From the IMG/VR virus record IMGVR_UViG_3300030095_003569, positions 1 to 34,696 of that record: a stretch of 34,696 nucleotides of DNA; one strand, 5' to 3'. Below, piece after piece: positions 1-9,475 of this stretch (its first letter is position 1; each line of letters starts with the position of its first letter). The notes under the pieces are model-generated. The model saw only the letters and a list, made by a program, of their open reading frames with translations. It was not told where the DNA came from and ran no database searches. The translations under genes and the position numbers were made by a program. Source of the DNA: a virus. Lineage: Duplodnaviria > Caudoviricetes.

Positions 1-2
1 TG

Positions 3-2372
3 GTTTACGAAGGTAATGGTGGTGGGCAACGAGTGGGTCGTTTTGTACCTTTTACTGGAAATCCATCTATTGCTAATAGTGTTATATTTAATTCTGCTGA
101 TAGTGCTAAATTAGAAAGAACACCTAGTTCAAATGGAAGTGGTACAACTTTTACGATTAGTTTTTGGTTTAAACCAACTAAATTAGCAACGACTTATTCT
201 TTTTTTGATAATGCTCCTGGAGGAAGTGCAGTTAATATATTTAGTATAATTTATAATAGTGATAATACAATTTTAATACATGGTTTTGATAGTGGTGGAA
301 GTTTTAGTTTAAACTTAGCAACTAATAGAACATTTGAAGATACATCAAAATTTTATCATTTTCTTGTAGCTGTTGATACAACACAAGGCACATCAACAAA
401 TCGTGTTAAATTTTATGTTGATGGAGACCAAGTAACTTCTTTAAGTAGCACAACTTATCCAGCTCAAGATGCAACTTATGGAACAAATCAAACATCAGTA
501 AAACAAGCTGTAGGTTATTATCCTCATAACAGTACAAGATATTTAGATGGCTATATAGCAGAGTTTAATTTAATAGATGGCACAGCATTGACACCATCAA
601 CCTTTGGACAAACTGATACCTCAACTGGCAGATGGATTCCAAAAACTATAACAGGTGTTACTTATGGAACAAATGGAGTAAGACTAACCTTTGCTGATTC
701 CAGTGCATTTGGAGATGATACCAGTGGTAATGGAAATGACCTAACTGCTACAAATTTAGCTAGTACAGACCAGACTACCGATAGTCCGACACAAAACTCT
801 AACACATTTGGAAGTATATCTTCTGGTGTTACATTAAGTGAAGGAAATCTTACAGTGAACACAGGGACGAGTGGTTCTTATATACAAGCTGTAGGACAAC
901 CAGCATTTGGAGTAAGGTCTGGGAAATGGTATTGGGAAGTAAAAATAACAACTCTTGGAGCAGCAGTTTATGGTTGGAAAGATGATGGTGCAACTGGTGG
1001 TTCACAAGCTAATGATGGTGGTTCATCACAATCAGCTGGTTTATCAACTGGTAGTGCTGGGTCATTTAGTGCAGGTTCTTGGTTTATAGACTTAGATTAT
1101 GATAATGAAGTAAATTACACAACAGTATCTACTAATGATGTTTTAATGTTTGCTATGGATTTAGATAGTGGCAAAGGTTACTGTGGTAAAAATGGCACTT
1201 GGTTTAATAGTGCAAATCCAGCTAATGGTACCGGTGCTATTGGTGGGTGTCATAGAGCAAATGGAACTAATAAATTTTATCCTTGTGTTAATAGGTTAGA
1301 CTCAGCAAGTGTAGGAGAATTTAATTTTGGTCAAAGAAGTTTTGCATATACAGCACCAACTGGTTTCCTTACTTTACAACAGGACAACCTACCAGAAACA
1401 GATAAAGGTTTATCTGATTTCGTATGGGCAAAATCAAGAGATAACACTGAGTCTCACACTATATATGACTCTTCAAGAGGTCCACAAAAACAATTAAGTT
1501 CTAATCTTACAGCTGTAGAAAATACACAAACAGATGGTTTACAAAAGTTTTTAAAAGGTGGTTATTCGTGTGAAGACCACGAAAGAATTAATCAATCTGA
1601 TATTAGTTATGTAGCATGGAACTGGGTAGCAAACAAAGGAACTACTGCAAGTAATACTGATGGTTCAATTAGCTCAACTGTCCAAGCTAATACAACTGCT
1701 GGATTTTCTATAGTACAATATACTGGAACTGGTAGTGCTGCAACTATAGGTCATGGATTATCTACTGCACCTACATTTATTGCAGTTAAAAATTTAGATG
1801 ATACTGCATCATGGTATGTTTACATGAATGCAACACGAGCCAATAATGCTAACACATATTATATGAGATTTGACAGTGATGATTCACAAAGTGATACTGG
1901 TGCAGTATGGAATGACACTACACCCACTTCTACTGTTTTTTCTGTAGGTGGCGAGGACACATCTAACAAAGCAAGTACAAGTTTTGTAGCTTATTGTTGG
2001 ACAGATGTAGATGCTTTTTCAAAAATTGGTCAATATTCAGGAAACAATAATAATAATGGACCTTTTATTTATACAGGTTTTAAACCATCATTTGTACTTA
2101 TAAAAGGATTAGATATTGGTAATCACTGGGTTATTTTAGATTCTACACGAAGCACTATAAACCCAGTACAAAAAGCATTAAAACCAAATCTTACTCAAAC
2201 AGAAGATGATGATGCAAATATGGCTATTGATTTTGTAAGTAATGGTTTTAAAATTAGAGGTGGACCTAGTGGAGATGGTGGTAATATAAATGGTTCATAT
2301 ATTTATGGATATATGGCATTTGCTGAAGCACCCTTTATTGGTGATGGTGTATCTCCAGTAACTGCACGATAA
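3..2372 (+). CDS. Tail fibre / receptor-binding protein with LamG(ConA)-like and SPRY-like domains (5'-truncated by window edge)
   Basis: The frame is open back to base 3 (VYEGNGGGQRV), so the GTG at 33 is not the true start. LamG-like motifs TISFWFK, FYVDG, YLDGYIAEF. SPRY-like GKWYWEVKI...MFAMDLDSGK...GKNGTW. C-terminal GFSIVQYTGTG / YSGN..GPFIYTGFKP repeats seen in marine phage tail fibres. Ser/Thr/Gly-rich. Confidence 0.8.
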   Translation, partial: VYEGNGGGQRVGRFVPFTGNPSIANSVIFNSADSAKLERTPSSNGSGTTFTISFWFKPTKLATTYSFFDNAPGGSAVNIFSIIYNSDNTILIHGFDSGGSFSLNLATNRTFEDTSKFYHFLVAVDTTQGTSTNRVKFYVDGDQVTSLSSTTYPAQDATYGTNQTSVKQAVGYYPHNSTRYLDGYIAEFNLIDGTALTPSTFGQTDTSTGRWIPKTITGVTYGTNGVRLTFADSSAFGDDTSGNGNDLTATNLASTDQTTDSPTQNSNTFGSISSGVTLSEGNLTVNTGTSGSYIQAVGQPAFGVRSGKWYWEVKITTLGAAVYGWKDDGATGGSQANDGGSSQSAGLSTGSAGSFSAGSWFIDLDYDNEVNYTTVSTNDVLMFAMDLDSGKGYCGKNGTWFNSANPANGTGAIGGCHRANGTNKFYPCVNRLDSASVGEFNFGQRSFAYTAPTGFLTLQQDNLPETDKGLSDFVWAKSRDNTESHTIYDSSRGPQKQLSSNLTAVENTQTDGLQKFLKGGYSCEDHERINQSDISYVAWNWVANKGTTASNTDGSISSTVQANTTAGFSIVQYTGTGSAATIGHGLSTAPTFIAVKNLDDTASWYVYMNATRANNANTYYMRFDSDDSQSDTGAVWNDTTPTSTVFSVGGEDTSNKASTSFVAYCWTDVDAFSKIGQYSGNNNNNGPFIYTGFKPSFVLIKGLDIGNHWVILDSTRSTINPVQKALKPNLTQTEDDDANMAIDFVSNGFKIRGGPSGDGGNINGSYIYGYMAFAEAPFIGDGVSPVTAR

Positions 2373-2432
2373 GGTTGTATAAATGAAACAAATGTTGAAT
2401 AATAGAATTATATTAAAAAGGAGTTTTTCATA

Positions 2433-3023
2433 ATGTCTTGGGCAATCGTAAAAGCAGATCAAGTAATTAAAATTATAAATGGAGCACAGGGAATTACACT
2501 TAACGGTATACATCATCCGGCGAGTATATTTAGTGCATGGTCTTTAGAAGAATTAAAAGCTATTGGTATTTACCCAGTTGTAGAAACAAGTACACTTGAT
2601 GGAAGAACACATAGACAAACAGGAGGAGTTACGTATACTGTTAACACAGATGATGTTTCAGTACATTACAATAAAGTAGCTCATACATTGGAAGATGTAA
2701 CCACAGACGGAATTGTAACACCCGGTTTAAAAACTAGATTACTAGAACAAGTTGATGATAATGCTTACAAAGTATTAGCACCATCAGATTGGATGACGGT
2801 TAGGCAAATTGAAACAGGTGTAACTATTGCTGATAATTGGAAAACATATAGAGCAGCTGTACGAACACAAGCTGCGGCAATGACTACAGCTATTAATGCT
2901 GTAACAACCATTACCGATGTACCTAGTTTATATGTTACATATGCTTCGGCTTCTGACGGAACACGTACGTCCGTTTCAAGTGGATATTTATGGCATTGGC
3001 CGTTAAGTCCTGATGAGGCATAG
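2433..3023 (+). CDS. Putative tail-fibre assembly chaperone
   Basis: SD AAGGAG upstream. LAPSDWMTVR...WKTYRAAVR motif typical of tail-fibre chaperones. Lies directly after the fibre gene. Confidence 0.6.
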   Translation: MSWAIVKADQVIKIINGAQGITLNGIHHPASIFSAWSLEELKAIGIYPVVETSTLDGRTHRQTGGVTYTVNTDDVSVHYNKVAHTLEDVTTDGIVTPGLKTRLLEQVDDNAYKVLAPSDWMTVRQIETGVTIADNWKTYRAAVRTQAAAMTTAINAVTTITDVPSLYVTYASASDGTRTSVSSGYLWHWPLSPDEA

Positions 3024-3043
3024 GGAAAGGTGGGTACAGTAGT

Positions 3044-4888
3044 ATGTCCACTGATACTATTTTATTTGATGTTAATTTCAGACCGGGAGTAGATCGTGAA
3101 TCAACTGAATATGGTTCTAAAGGTGGTTGGTACAATGTGGACAAAGTTCGTTTCCGTGCTGGCAAACCTGAAAATATTAGAGGGTATGAAAAGAAAGTTC
3201 AGCAAAGCTTTCTGGGTACAGGTCGATCAGCACATTCGTTCGCAAGTAATGAAGGCACTAAATATCATGCCTTCGGAACCCCTAGCCATTTATACGTTTA
3301 TAGTGGTGGTGTTAATTCTGATATTACTCCTATAAGGTCATCAATAACTTCAACAGTAACGTATTCAACTGCGGCTTCTCAAACAAGAATATTAGTATCA
3401 GCTACAAGTCATGGTGCTCAACAAGGCGATTACTTTATTATTGTCTCAGCTGCAACCGTAGGGGGTAATCACAGATTTTTAAATAGTCAATTTGAAGTTG
3501 TATCCGCAGCTAGTAATTCATTTACATTTAATACAACCGTAGCTGCTTCTGCAACCACAACCATATCAACACGATCTAAGTTTCAGTTTTATATTAATAC
3601 TGGAGGTAATAGTAATATTACAGAACTTGGATATGGTATTGGAGTTTATAATGCAGGTGTTACTGTATCAGGAGCCAGAGCATGGAATCAACCAGCTAGT
3701 GTATCTCCGGGAGAATCAACTGAACCGTTACGACAATGGTCACTAGATGATTTTGGAGAAGATATGTTGGCTGCTCCAACGGGTGGTCGTTTATATGTTT
3801 GGGATGAATCGGTAGGAACTGGAAAAAGAGCACAAGTTATACCAACAGCTCCAAGTGTTTCTAATCATATGTTTGTCTCACAACAAGATAGACACGTTAT
3901 TTGTTTAGGTACAAATGGAATTGGTGGTGCTTTTGATCCTATGTTAGTTCGTTGGTCTGATCAAAATGATTATACCAATTGGAGTGTTAACGTTAGTAGT
4001 ACATCGGGTGAGAATCAATTAGGTGATGGTAGCCGATTAATTACAGCTTTAAATACAAGAAACCAATCATTAATTTGGACAGACAATGCTTTACATTCTA
4101 TGGAGTTTGTAGGACCACCATTTATCTTTCAGTTTAGACAACTTGGATCTAACTGTGGTATTACAGGAAAACATGCAGCTACAGAATTAGATGGTAGAAT
4201 ATTTTGGATGGGTGCTAAAGACTTCTTCTTGTTCGATGGTTCGGTTCAATCTCTTCCTTGTACAGTTCGTCGTTATGTCTTTGATGATTTTAACTTTGAA
4301 CAAAAAGAAAAAGTGTATGCAGGAACCAATCAAGAATTTAGAGAAGTTACATGGCTCTATCCTTCAGCTAATTCAGCAGAATGTGATAAGTATGTAACCT
4401 ATAACCCTATAGAAAACTATTGGACTTTTGGTACAACCCTCTTTACAACATGGAAAGATCGTTCTATATTCAGTAATGTATTGACTACTGGTCAAGAAAC
4501 AAGCACAACAAATTATCTTTACGATAATGAACCCGAAGGAATTTTTACAGCCGATGGACAAAAACAAGAATCATTTATAGAATCATCTGAATTTGACACG
4601 ACTCCTCCAGCTTACGGGGCAGGAGATAACATTATATACTTGGATAGAATCATTCCAGACTTTACAATAGGTACTAGTGGACGAGTAACTGTAAAGTTAA
4701 AGACAAAGAATTTTCCAAATGGAACACCGATAGAAAAAGGACCGTTTTATGTTAATCCATCCACACAATTTATAAGAACACGAGCAAGAGGCAGACAGGC
4801 AATTGTTAGAATATCAACATCAACAGCAGGAACAAACTGGAGACTTGGGTCTTTTAGAATGGATGTCATGCCAGATGGGAAAAGATAA
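3044..4888 (+). CDS. Tail nozzle / packaged-DNA stabilization protein (P22 gp10 / T7 gp12 analogue)
   Basis: 614 aa, beta-rich. VRWSDQ, QLGSNCG and EVTWLYPS motifs, C-terminal WRLGSFRMDVMPDGKR. Positioned ahead of the internal virion genes. Confidence 0.65.
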   Translation: MSTDTILFDVNFRPGVDRESTEYGSKGGWYNVDKVRFRAGKPENIRGYEKKVQQSFLGTGRSAHSFASNEGTKYHAFGTPSHLYVYSGGVNSDITPIRSSITSTVTYSTAASQTRILVSATSHGAQQGDYFIIVSAATVGGNHRFLNSQFEVVSAASNSFTFNTTVAASATTTISTRSKFQFYINTGGNSNITELGYGIGVYNAGVTVSGARAWNQPASVSPGESTEPLRQWSLDDFGEDMLAAPTGGRLYVWDESVGTGKRAQVIPTAPSVSNHMFVSQQDRHVICLGTNGIGGAFDPMLVRWSDQNDYTNWSVNVSSTSGENQLGDGSRLITALNTRNQSLIWTDNALHSMEFVGPPFIFQFRQLGSNCGITGKHAATELDGRIFWMGAKDFFLFDGSVQSLPCTVRRYVFDDFNFEQKEKVYAGTNQEFREVTWLYPSANSAECDKYVTYNPIENYWTFGTTLFTTWKDRSIFSNVLTTGQETSTTNYLYDNEPEGIFTADGQKQESFIESSEFDTTPPAYGAGDNIIYLDRIIPDFTIGTSGRVTVKLKTKNFPNGTPIEKGPFYVNPSTQFIRTRARGRQAIVRISTSTAGTNWRLGSFRMDVMPDGKR

Positions 4889-5169
4889 TGGCTGATTATC
4901 CAAAATATCCAAACAATGCTACGGCTGAACAATTAAATAGATGGGCTAATGTCTTAACAGATAAGCTTGGATCTGATGCTGTGAGTAATCGTAATAACGT
5001 TAAACTTGATGTTGATGAGTCTATTTCTATAAACGGTAGAATACAACTTAATGCAAACTTTACAAACCCAGATACAACAGGAGCTTTTCAAAAAGGGCAA
5101 ATACGATTTAATACTAGTACCAATAAGTTCCAAGGGTATGATGGCACAGCATGGAGGGACTTTCACTAA
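4888..5169 (+). CDS. Small virion protein (hypothetical)
   Basis: TAATG-coupled at both ends. GQIRFNTSTNKFQGYDGTAW motif resembles fibre neck segments. Confidence 0.55.
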   Translation: MADYPKYPNNATAEQLNRWANVLTDKLGSDAVSNRNNVKLDVDESISINGRIQLNANFTNPDTTGAFQKGQIRFNTSTNKFQGYDGTAWRDFH

Positions 5170-7112
5170 TGGGATTCTTTAAAGGATTAAAAAACTTTGT
5201 TTTAGATTATGCAGTGCCTATTGGTTTAAGTTTTATTCCAGGTGTTGGTATTCCTTTAGCCGCAGCTTATTCTGGTATTAAAACAGGTATTGAGACTGGA
5301 AGTGCTCTTGCTGGTCTTGGTGCTGGTGCTTTATCTTTTGGTTTAGGTCATGCTGCAAAAGGTATTTCAGGAGGTATTCAAGGAGCTGCTCCAGGGATAG
5401 GAAGTTCGGCTGCACAAAATGCTGCAAAAGCTGGAACAACTTCATCATTTATGGCTCTTTCAGACAAGGCTGCTCAACAAGGCATCACTTCAGGTATAAA
5501 AACAGGTGTATCTCAAGGATTTGCTAATATATCACCTCAAGTAGCAAAAAATATTGGGTATACAGGTGCTATAAGTCCTGTAAGTAATAATATAATTGGA
5601 AGCACTGCAGGAAGTGGTTCTTTTTTACAAGGTTCAAAAGGATTATTAAGTGGAGCTGTTGGTAGAGTTGGTCAGGGTAGCACTTCGTTAATTGACAAAG
5701 TAGCATCTCCTATATCAAAAACTTTTTCAGGAGCTTCTGGAGGAATAGATGCTTTACAAAATCTTCAACCAATATCTTTAGATCCAACAGGAATAATAAC
5801 TGATAAAAAAGTAAATCCATTAGTTATGGCAGGTTTAGGATATACTTTAAAAGAGGCAGCAACCCCAATACCTCCTCCAGATTCTTCACAATTTAATCCT
5901 CCTAAAAGAGACTTTAGTAAATATGCTTATAAAGGGCCGTTAAACCGTGGCGAATATACATATGCAGATCCAGAAGATATTGCTTATGGTAGAGTTAGTC
6001 CAACTTCTTATGGTTATTTGGGAGCTAAAGAAGGAGGTAAAATTAATTTTGCTATGGGAGGATCTTCACCAGCTTATATGGATCCTGCTGGAGGAATGGG
6101 TGTAAATATTATGGATCCTGCAGGAGGACGTACAACACAAGGCCAAGGATTTGTGCCCCCTCAACCTGGAAAAACTGTAGGAGTTTCTTCAGGTATTTCA
6201 AAAATTATGTCACAAGCTCAAAAACCTTTTATTAATCCTTCACAAACATTACAAGGTTTAACACAAGTTATGTCACCATCTACTATGCCTCCACCTCAAG
6301 CACAAAATATACCTCAACCACAAATGCAACAACCTATGAATAATATTGGTAATAAAAACATGGAACAATTGTTACAATCTATACCTAGAAAAGAAATAGA
6401 TGTGGCTATTAATACATTAAGAGGAGGAGTTGGTATGGCTCAAGGTGGTAATGTGCCAGGATTAGCTAAAAATACTGGACAACAAATTACAGGACAAAGT
6501 TCTGGTATTGGCTCGGGAGTATATAATAATCCTATGAGTGAAAAACAATTTATAGACAGTTATTTGAGTATTTTACCTAATAATCTTGCAGGGAATGTTG
6601 TTCGTGAATTAGGCCTTGGAGAACAAATAGGTCAACAAATGTATCAACAATATAGTGATTCTAATAAAAAACAAATGGCTCAAGGTGGTGAGGTTGAAAC
6701 CGATAAAAATCTTCAAGAGAATGCTTTTGTAATTCCAGCAGATGTTGTTGGCCACATTGGAGATGGTTCTTCTGATGAGGGAACTAGACAATTACAAAGT
6801 TATTTGGGCATGAACCCGCAACAATATCAGGCGGGTGGGATTTTGGCTGGGGAAATTCAAGGACCGGGTGGAGGTATGGATGATCTTATTCAAACTACCA
6901 TTGAAGGAAAAAGAGCTGCTGCAGTTAGCCCACAAGAATTTGTTGTTCCTAGAGATATTGTTGCAGAATTAGGAAATGGAAGTTATGATAAAGGCTCTAA
7001 TAAATTATATGCTTTAATGAAAAATGTACGAAAAGAAAAAACAGGAACAACTAAACAACCCGCAGAATTACAAAGAGGATTAGGACAGCTTATGAGGACA
7101 GCAGCTGCTTAA
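5169..7112 (+). CDS. Putative internal virion (ejection) protein
   Basis: Probable start is ATG 5169 (TAATG overlap, GGAGG at 5153-5157). Hydrophobic Gly/Ala-rich N-terminus, AxGG motifs, duplicated C-terminal module (AFVIPADVVGHIGDGS / EFVVPRDIVAELGNGS). Confidence 0.6.
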   Translation: MGFFKGLKNFVLDYAVPIGLSFIPGVGIPLAAAYSGIKTGIETGSALAGLGAGALSFGLGHAAKGISGGIQGAAPGIGSSAAQNAAKAGTTSSFMALSDKAAQQGITSGIKTGVSQGFANISPQVAKNIGYTGAISPVSNNIIGSTAGSGSFLQGSKGLLSGAVGRVGQGSTSLIDKVASPISKTFSGASGGIDALQNLQPISLDPTGIITDKKVNPLVMAGLGYTLKEAATPIPPPDSSQFNPPKRDFSKYAYKGPLNRGEYTYADPEDIAYGRVSPTSYGYLGAKEGGKINFAMGGSSPAYMDPAGGMGVNIMDPAGGRTTQGQGFVPPQPGKTVGVSSGISKIMSQAQKPFINPSQTLQGLTQVMSPSTMPPPQAQNIPQPQMQQPMNNIGNKNMEQLLQSIPRKEIDVAINTLRGGVGMAQGGNVPGLAKNTGQQITGQSSGIGSGVYNNPMSEKQFIDSYLSILPNNLAGNVVRELGLGEQIGQQMYQQYSDSNKKQMAQGGEVETDKNLQENAFVIPADVVGHIGDGSSDEGTRQLQSYLGMNPQQYQAGGILAGEIQGPGGGMDDLIQTTIEGKRAAAVSPQEFVVPRDIVAELGNGSYDKGSNKLYALMKNVRKEKTGTTKQPAELQRGLGQLMRTAAA

Positions 7113-7527
7113 AGTAGAAGAAATCACTTCATTTAGTGACATTGACGAATTGTTTGAAATGTTTAAAGAGGAAATAAAAAGAATGCCGTATAACAATAAA
7201 TATACACCTGAAATATTAAAAGATCATATTGAATCTGGAAAGTTAGGTTTGTTAAAAATAATACACAATGATAAAATATTAGCAGGTTATGTTATACGAA
7301 TAAATACATATCCCACCAACAAAAAATTATTAGAACTTTTGTTTGTTTTTGGTAAGGGATTGTCTTTTAAATTAGGTAAACAAATATTTAAAAAACTAGA
7401 GGAACTCGCAAAAAAACTACGGTTGCATGGTATAGAGTTAACGGGTAGGTTAGAATGGAATATGATTGCAGACCGATTAGGATTTAATAAACAACAATTT
7501 ACACAGAGAACTAAATGGCTGACTTAA
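7105..7527 (+). CDS. Small virion-morphogenesis protein, possible GNAT-fold acetyltransferase
   Basis: Track start is TTG 7150, but the frame is open to CTG 7105 with GAGGA 6 nt upstream. AKKLRLHGIELTGRLEW...LGF motif and position between ejection genes fit phage GNAT-like proteins. Confidence 0.5.
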   Translation: MLKVEEITSFSDIDELFEMFKEEIKRMPYNNKYTPEILKDHIESGKLGLLKIIHNDKILAGYVIRINTYPTNKKLLELLFVFGKGLSFKLGKQIFKKLEELAKKLRLHGIELTGRLEWNMIADRLGFNKQQFTQRTKWLT

Positions 7528-9461
7528 TAAAAAGATTACAACTTTCAGAAAAACAATATGGTGTAGGATTAGAAGAAAATCCTTTTTCAGATAAATCTCC
7601 AACAGAATGTATGACTCTTAATTTTGGTGGTGGTGGCTCCCCTCCTCCACCTCCTCCTCCAATGCAATCATCTCAAACTGTTTCTAACATACCTGAGTAT
7701 TTTCAACCTTATCTTGAAAGATTATTTGAAAGAGGCGAAGCAGTAACTACAGAACCGTTTCAACGATATGAAGGTCAAAGACTAGCTGAATTTACTCCTG
7801 AACAACAAACTGCTTTTGCTGGTGTTAAAGATGCATCGGAATCATATCAACCTTATTTACAAGCATCTACAGCTTTAACGGGAACGGCTGCAACTCAATC
7901 TACTGATCCTAATGCTATTGCTTCTCGTATGAGTCCTTATCAACAAGCTGTTATTGATATACAAAAAAGAGAGGCTTTACGAGATGCTAATAAAATACAA
8001 CAACAAATTGGAGCTTCGGCTGTAGGAGCTGGTGCATTTGGTGGATCAAGACAAGCTTTACAAGAAACAGAATTAGCTAGACAACTAGGACAAAGAACTG
8101 CTGATATTCAAGCTACTGGTTCTCAACAAGCTTACAATGTAGCTATGCAACAACTCGCAGCTGATAGAGCAGCAGCTTTAGCATCTGGACAACAGTATGG
8201 TCAATTAGGTGCTCAATCTCAACAACTTGGTTTGTCTGGTCTAGGAGCACAAGAGGCTGTTGGTCAAGCACAACAAGCACAACAACAAAAAGCTTTAGAT
8301 ATTGCTTATGAAGATTTTGCTAGAGAAACAACATTACCTTCTCAACAAGTTCAAGAAATGTCTTCTATTTTACGTGGTTTTAATTTACCAACTTCAACTT
8401 ACAAATCTGATGCTTTATATCAAGCACCTCCTTCTACAGGACAACAACTAATGTCGGCAGGTTTAGGTGTATATGGATTAGGAGCTAAAACTGGATTGTT
8501 TGCTGGAGGTGGTGAAGTTAATCCTGGTATTAAAGCATTAGCTAAAGAGTCTCCTGAAACAGTAACTAAAATGGGGTATGATCCACAAGAAGTTTTAAAT
8601 GCTTATATTGGTGGTCGTATGAGTTTTCAAGGAGGAGGTTCTTCACCTGTTGGTGGTATTAGCTCAATTGAAGATAGAAATATTTTTTTAAAACTTCCTT
8701 TTAATGAAAAGATAGATATTTTAAATCAAGAAAAACAAGATAAAAGAACAGCAAGAAATAAAAAAATGAGAGAGGATATGGCAGAGGATAAAAGAATTTT
8801 GGAAGAAAGACGTGCTAAAGCAAATCCTAGTGAAGAGAACGTTGAACAAAACGTACAGGATGTAATCACAGGTGGTCAAACAGGTGGTCAAACAGGTGGT
8901 CAAACAGGTGGTCAAACAGGTGGTCAAACAGCTAAAGGTAACACTAAAGTTACACCTTTGAAGTATTCAATTCTTGACCAAATTGGTAAGGATAATTTTA
9001 ATCTTGGTTCAGTAACTAAAGATGAGTTTGAAAAAGCTTATGGACCTAAAGAAACAAATTATTCTGATGCAGCTTTAGCAGCTAGTGAAGCTATATTACA
9101 AAATCCTGAAATGGGTAATTTTAATGCTATAATTAGAGGGGTTCAAGCTGCTGGTAAAACATTAGGAAAAGATGAAACAGAAGCAGAAAAATTAGAAAGA
9201 GATCGATTAGGTGCTAGAGTAGGCTTCCAAAAAGGTGAGGCTGATATTGAAAAAACAAGAGCAGAAGCAGAATATTATCGAAAAAGAGATCCTTACATGA
9301 CAAATTTATTAACTGAATTAGAACTTGTTCAAAAGTCACTTCTAGACGTAAGAAACCTTGATTCAAATGCAACTCAAAGATTACTTCTTAAAGCCGAGAA
9401 GATAAGATCGGAAATTGACAACCATAAACTAAGTAAAGTAAGAACTTTACCTAGCCAATAA
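7515..9461 (+). CDS. Putative DNA-transfer / internal virion protein
   Basis: FGGGGSPPPPPPP near the N-terminus, Gln/Ala-rich helical region with GAFGGSRQ motif, (TGGQ)5 linker. Confidence 0.6.
   Translation: MADLIKRLQLSEKQYGVGLEENPFSDKSPTECMTLNFGGGGSPPPPPPPMQSSQTVSNIPEYFQPYLERLFERGEAVTTEPFQRYEGQRLAEFTPEQQTAFAGVKDASESYQPYLQASTALTGTAATQSTDPNAIASRMSPYQQAVIDIQKREALRDANKIQQQIGASAVGAGAFGGSRQALQETELARQLGQRTADIQATGSQQAYNVAMQQLAADRAAALASGQQYGQLGAQSQQLGLSGLGAQEAVGQAQQAQQQKALDIAYEDFARETTLPSQQVQEMSSILRGFNLPTSTYKSDALYQAPPSTGQQLMSAGLGVYGLGAKTGLFAGGGEVNPGIKALAKESPETVTKMGYDPQEVLNAYIGGRMSFQGGGSSPVGGISSIEDRNIFLKLPFNEKIDILNQEKQDKRTARNKKMREDMAEDKRILEERRAKANPSEENVEQNVQDVITGGQTGGQTGGQTGGQTGGQTAKGNTKVTPLKYSILDQIGKDNFNLGSVTKDEFEKAYGPKETNYSDAALAASEAILQNPEMGNFNAIIRGVQAAGKTLGKDETEAEKLERDRLGARVGFQKGEADIEKTRAEAEYYRKRDPYMTNLLTELELVQKSLLDVRNLDSNATQRLLLKAEKIRSEIDNHKLSKVRTLPSQ
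8868..8927 (+). repeat. Perfect 12-bp tandem repeat (ACAGGTGGTCAA)x5 encoding (TGGQ)5
   Basis: Directly visible; five identical units in frame. Confidence 0.97.
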
Positions 9462-9475
9462 AAGGAAAACAGTAA

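Noticed and set aside
8721-8927. Antisense ORF with (TTCL)n repeats
   Set aside because: It is the reverse reading of the TGGQ minisatellite.
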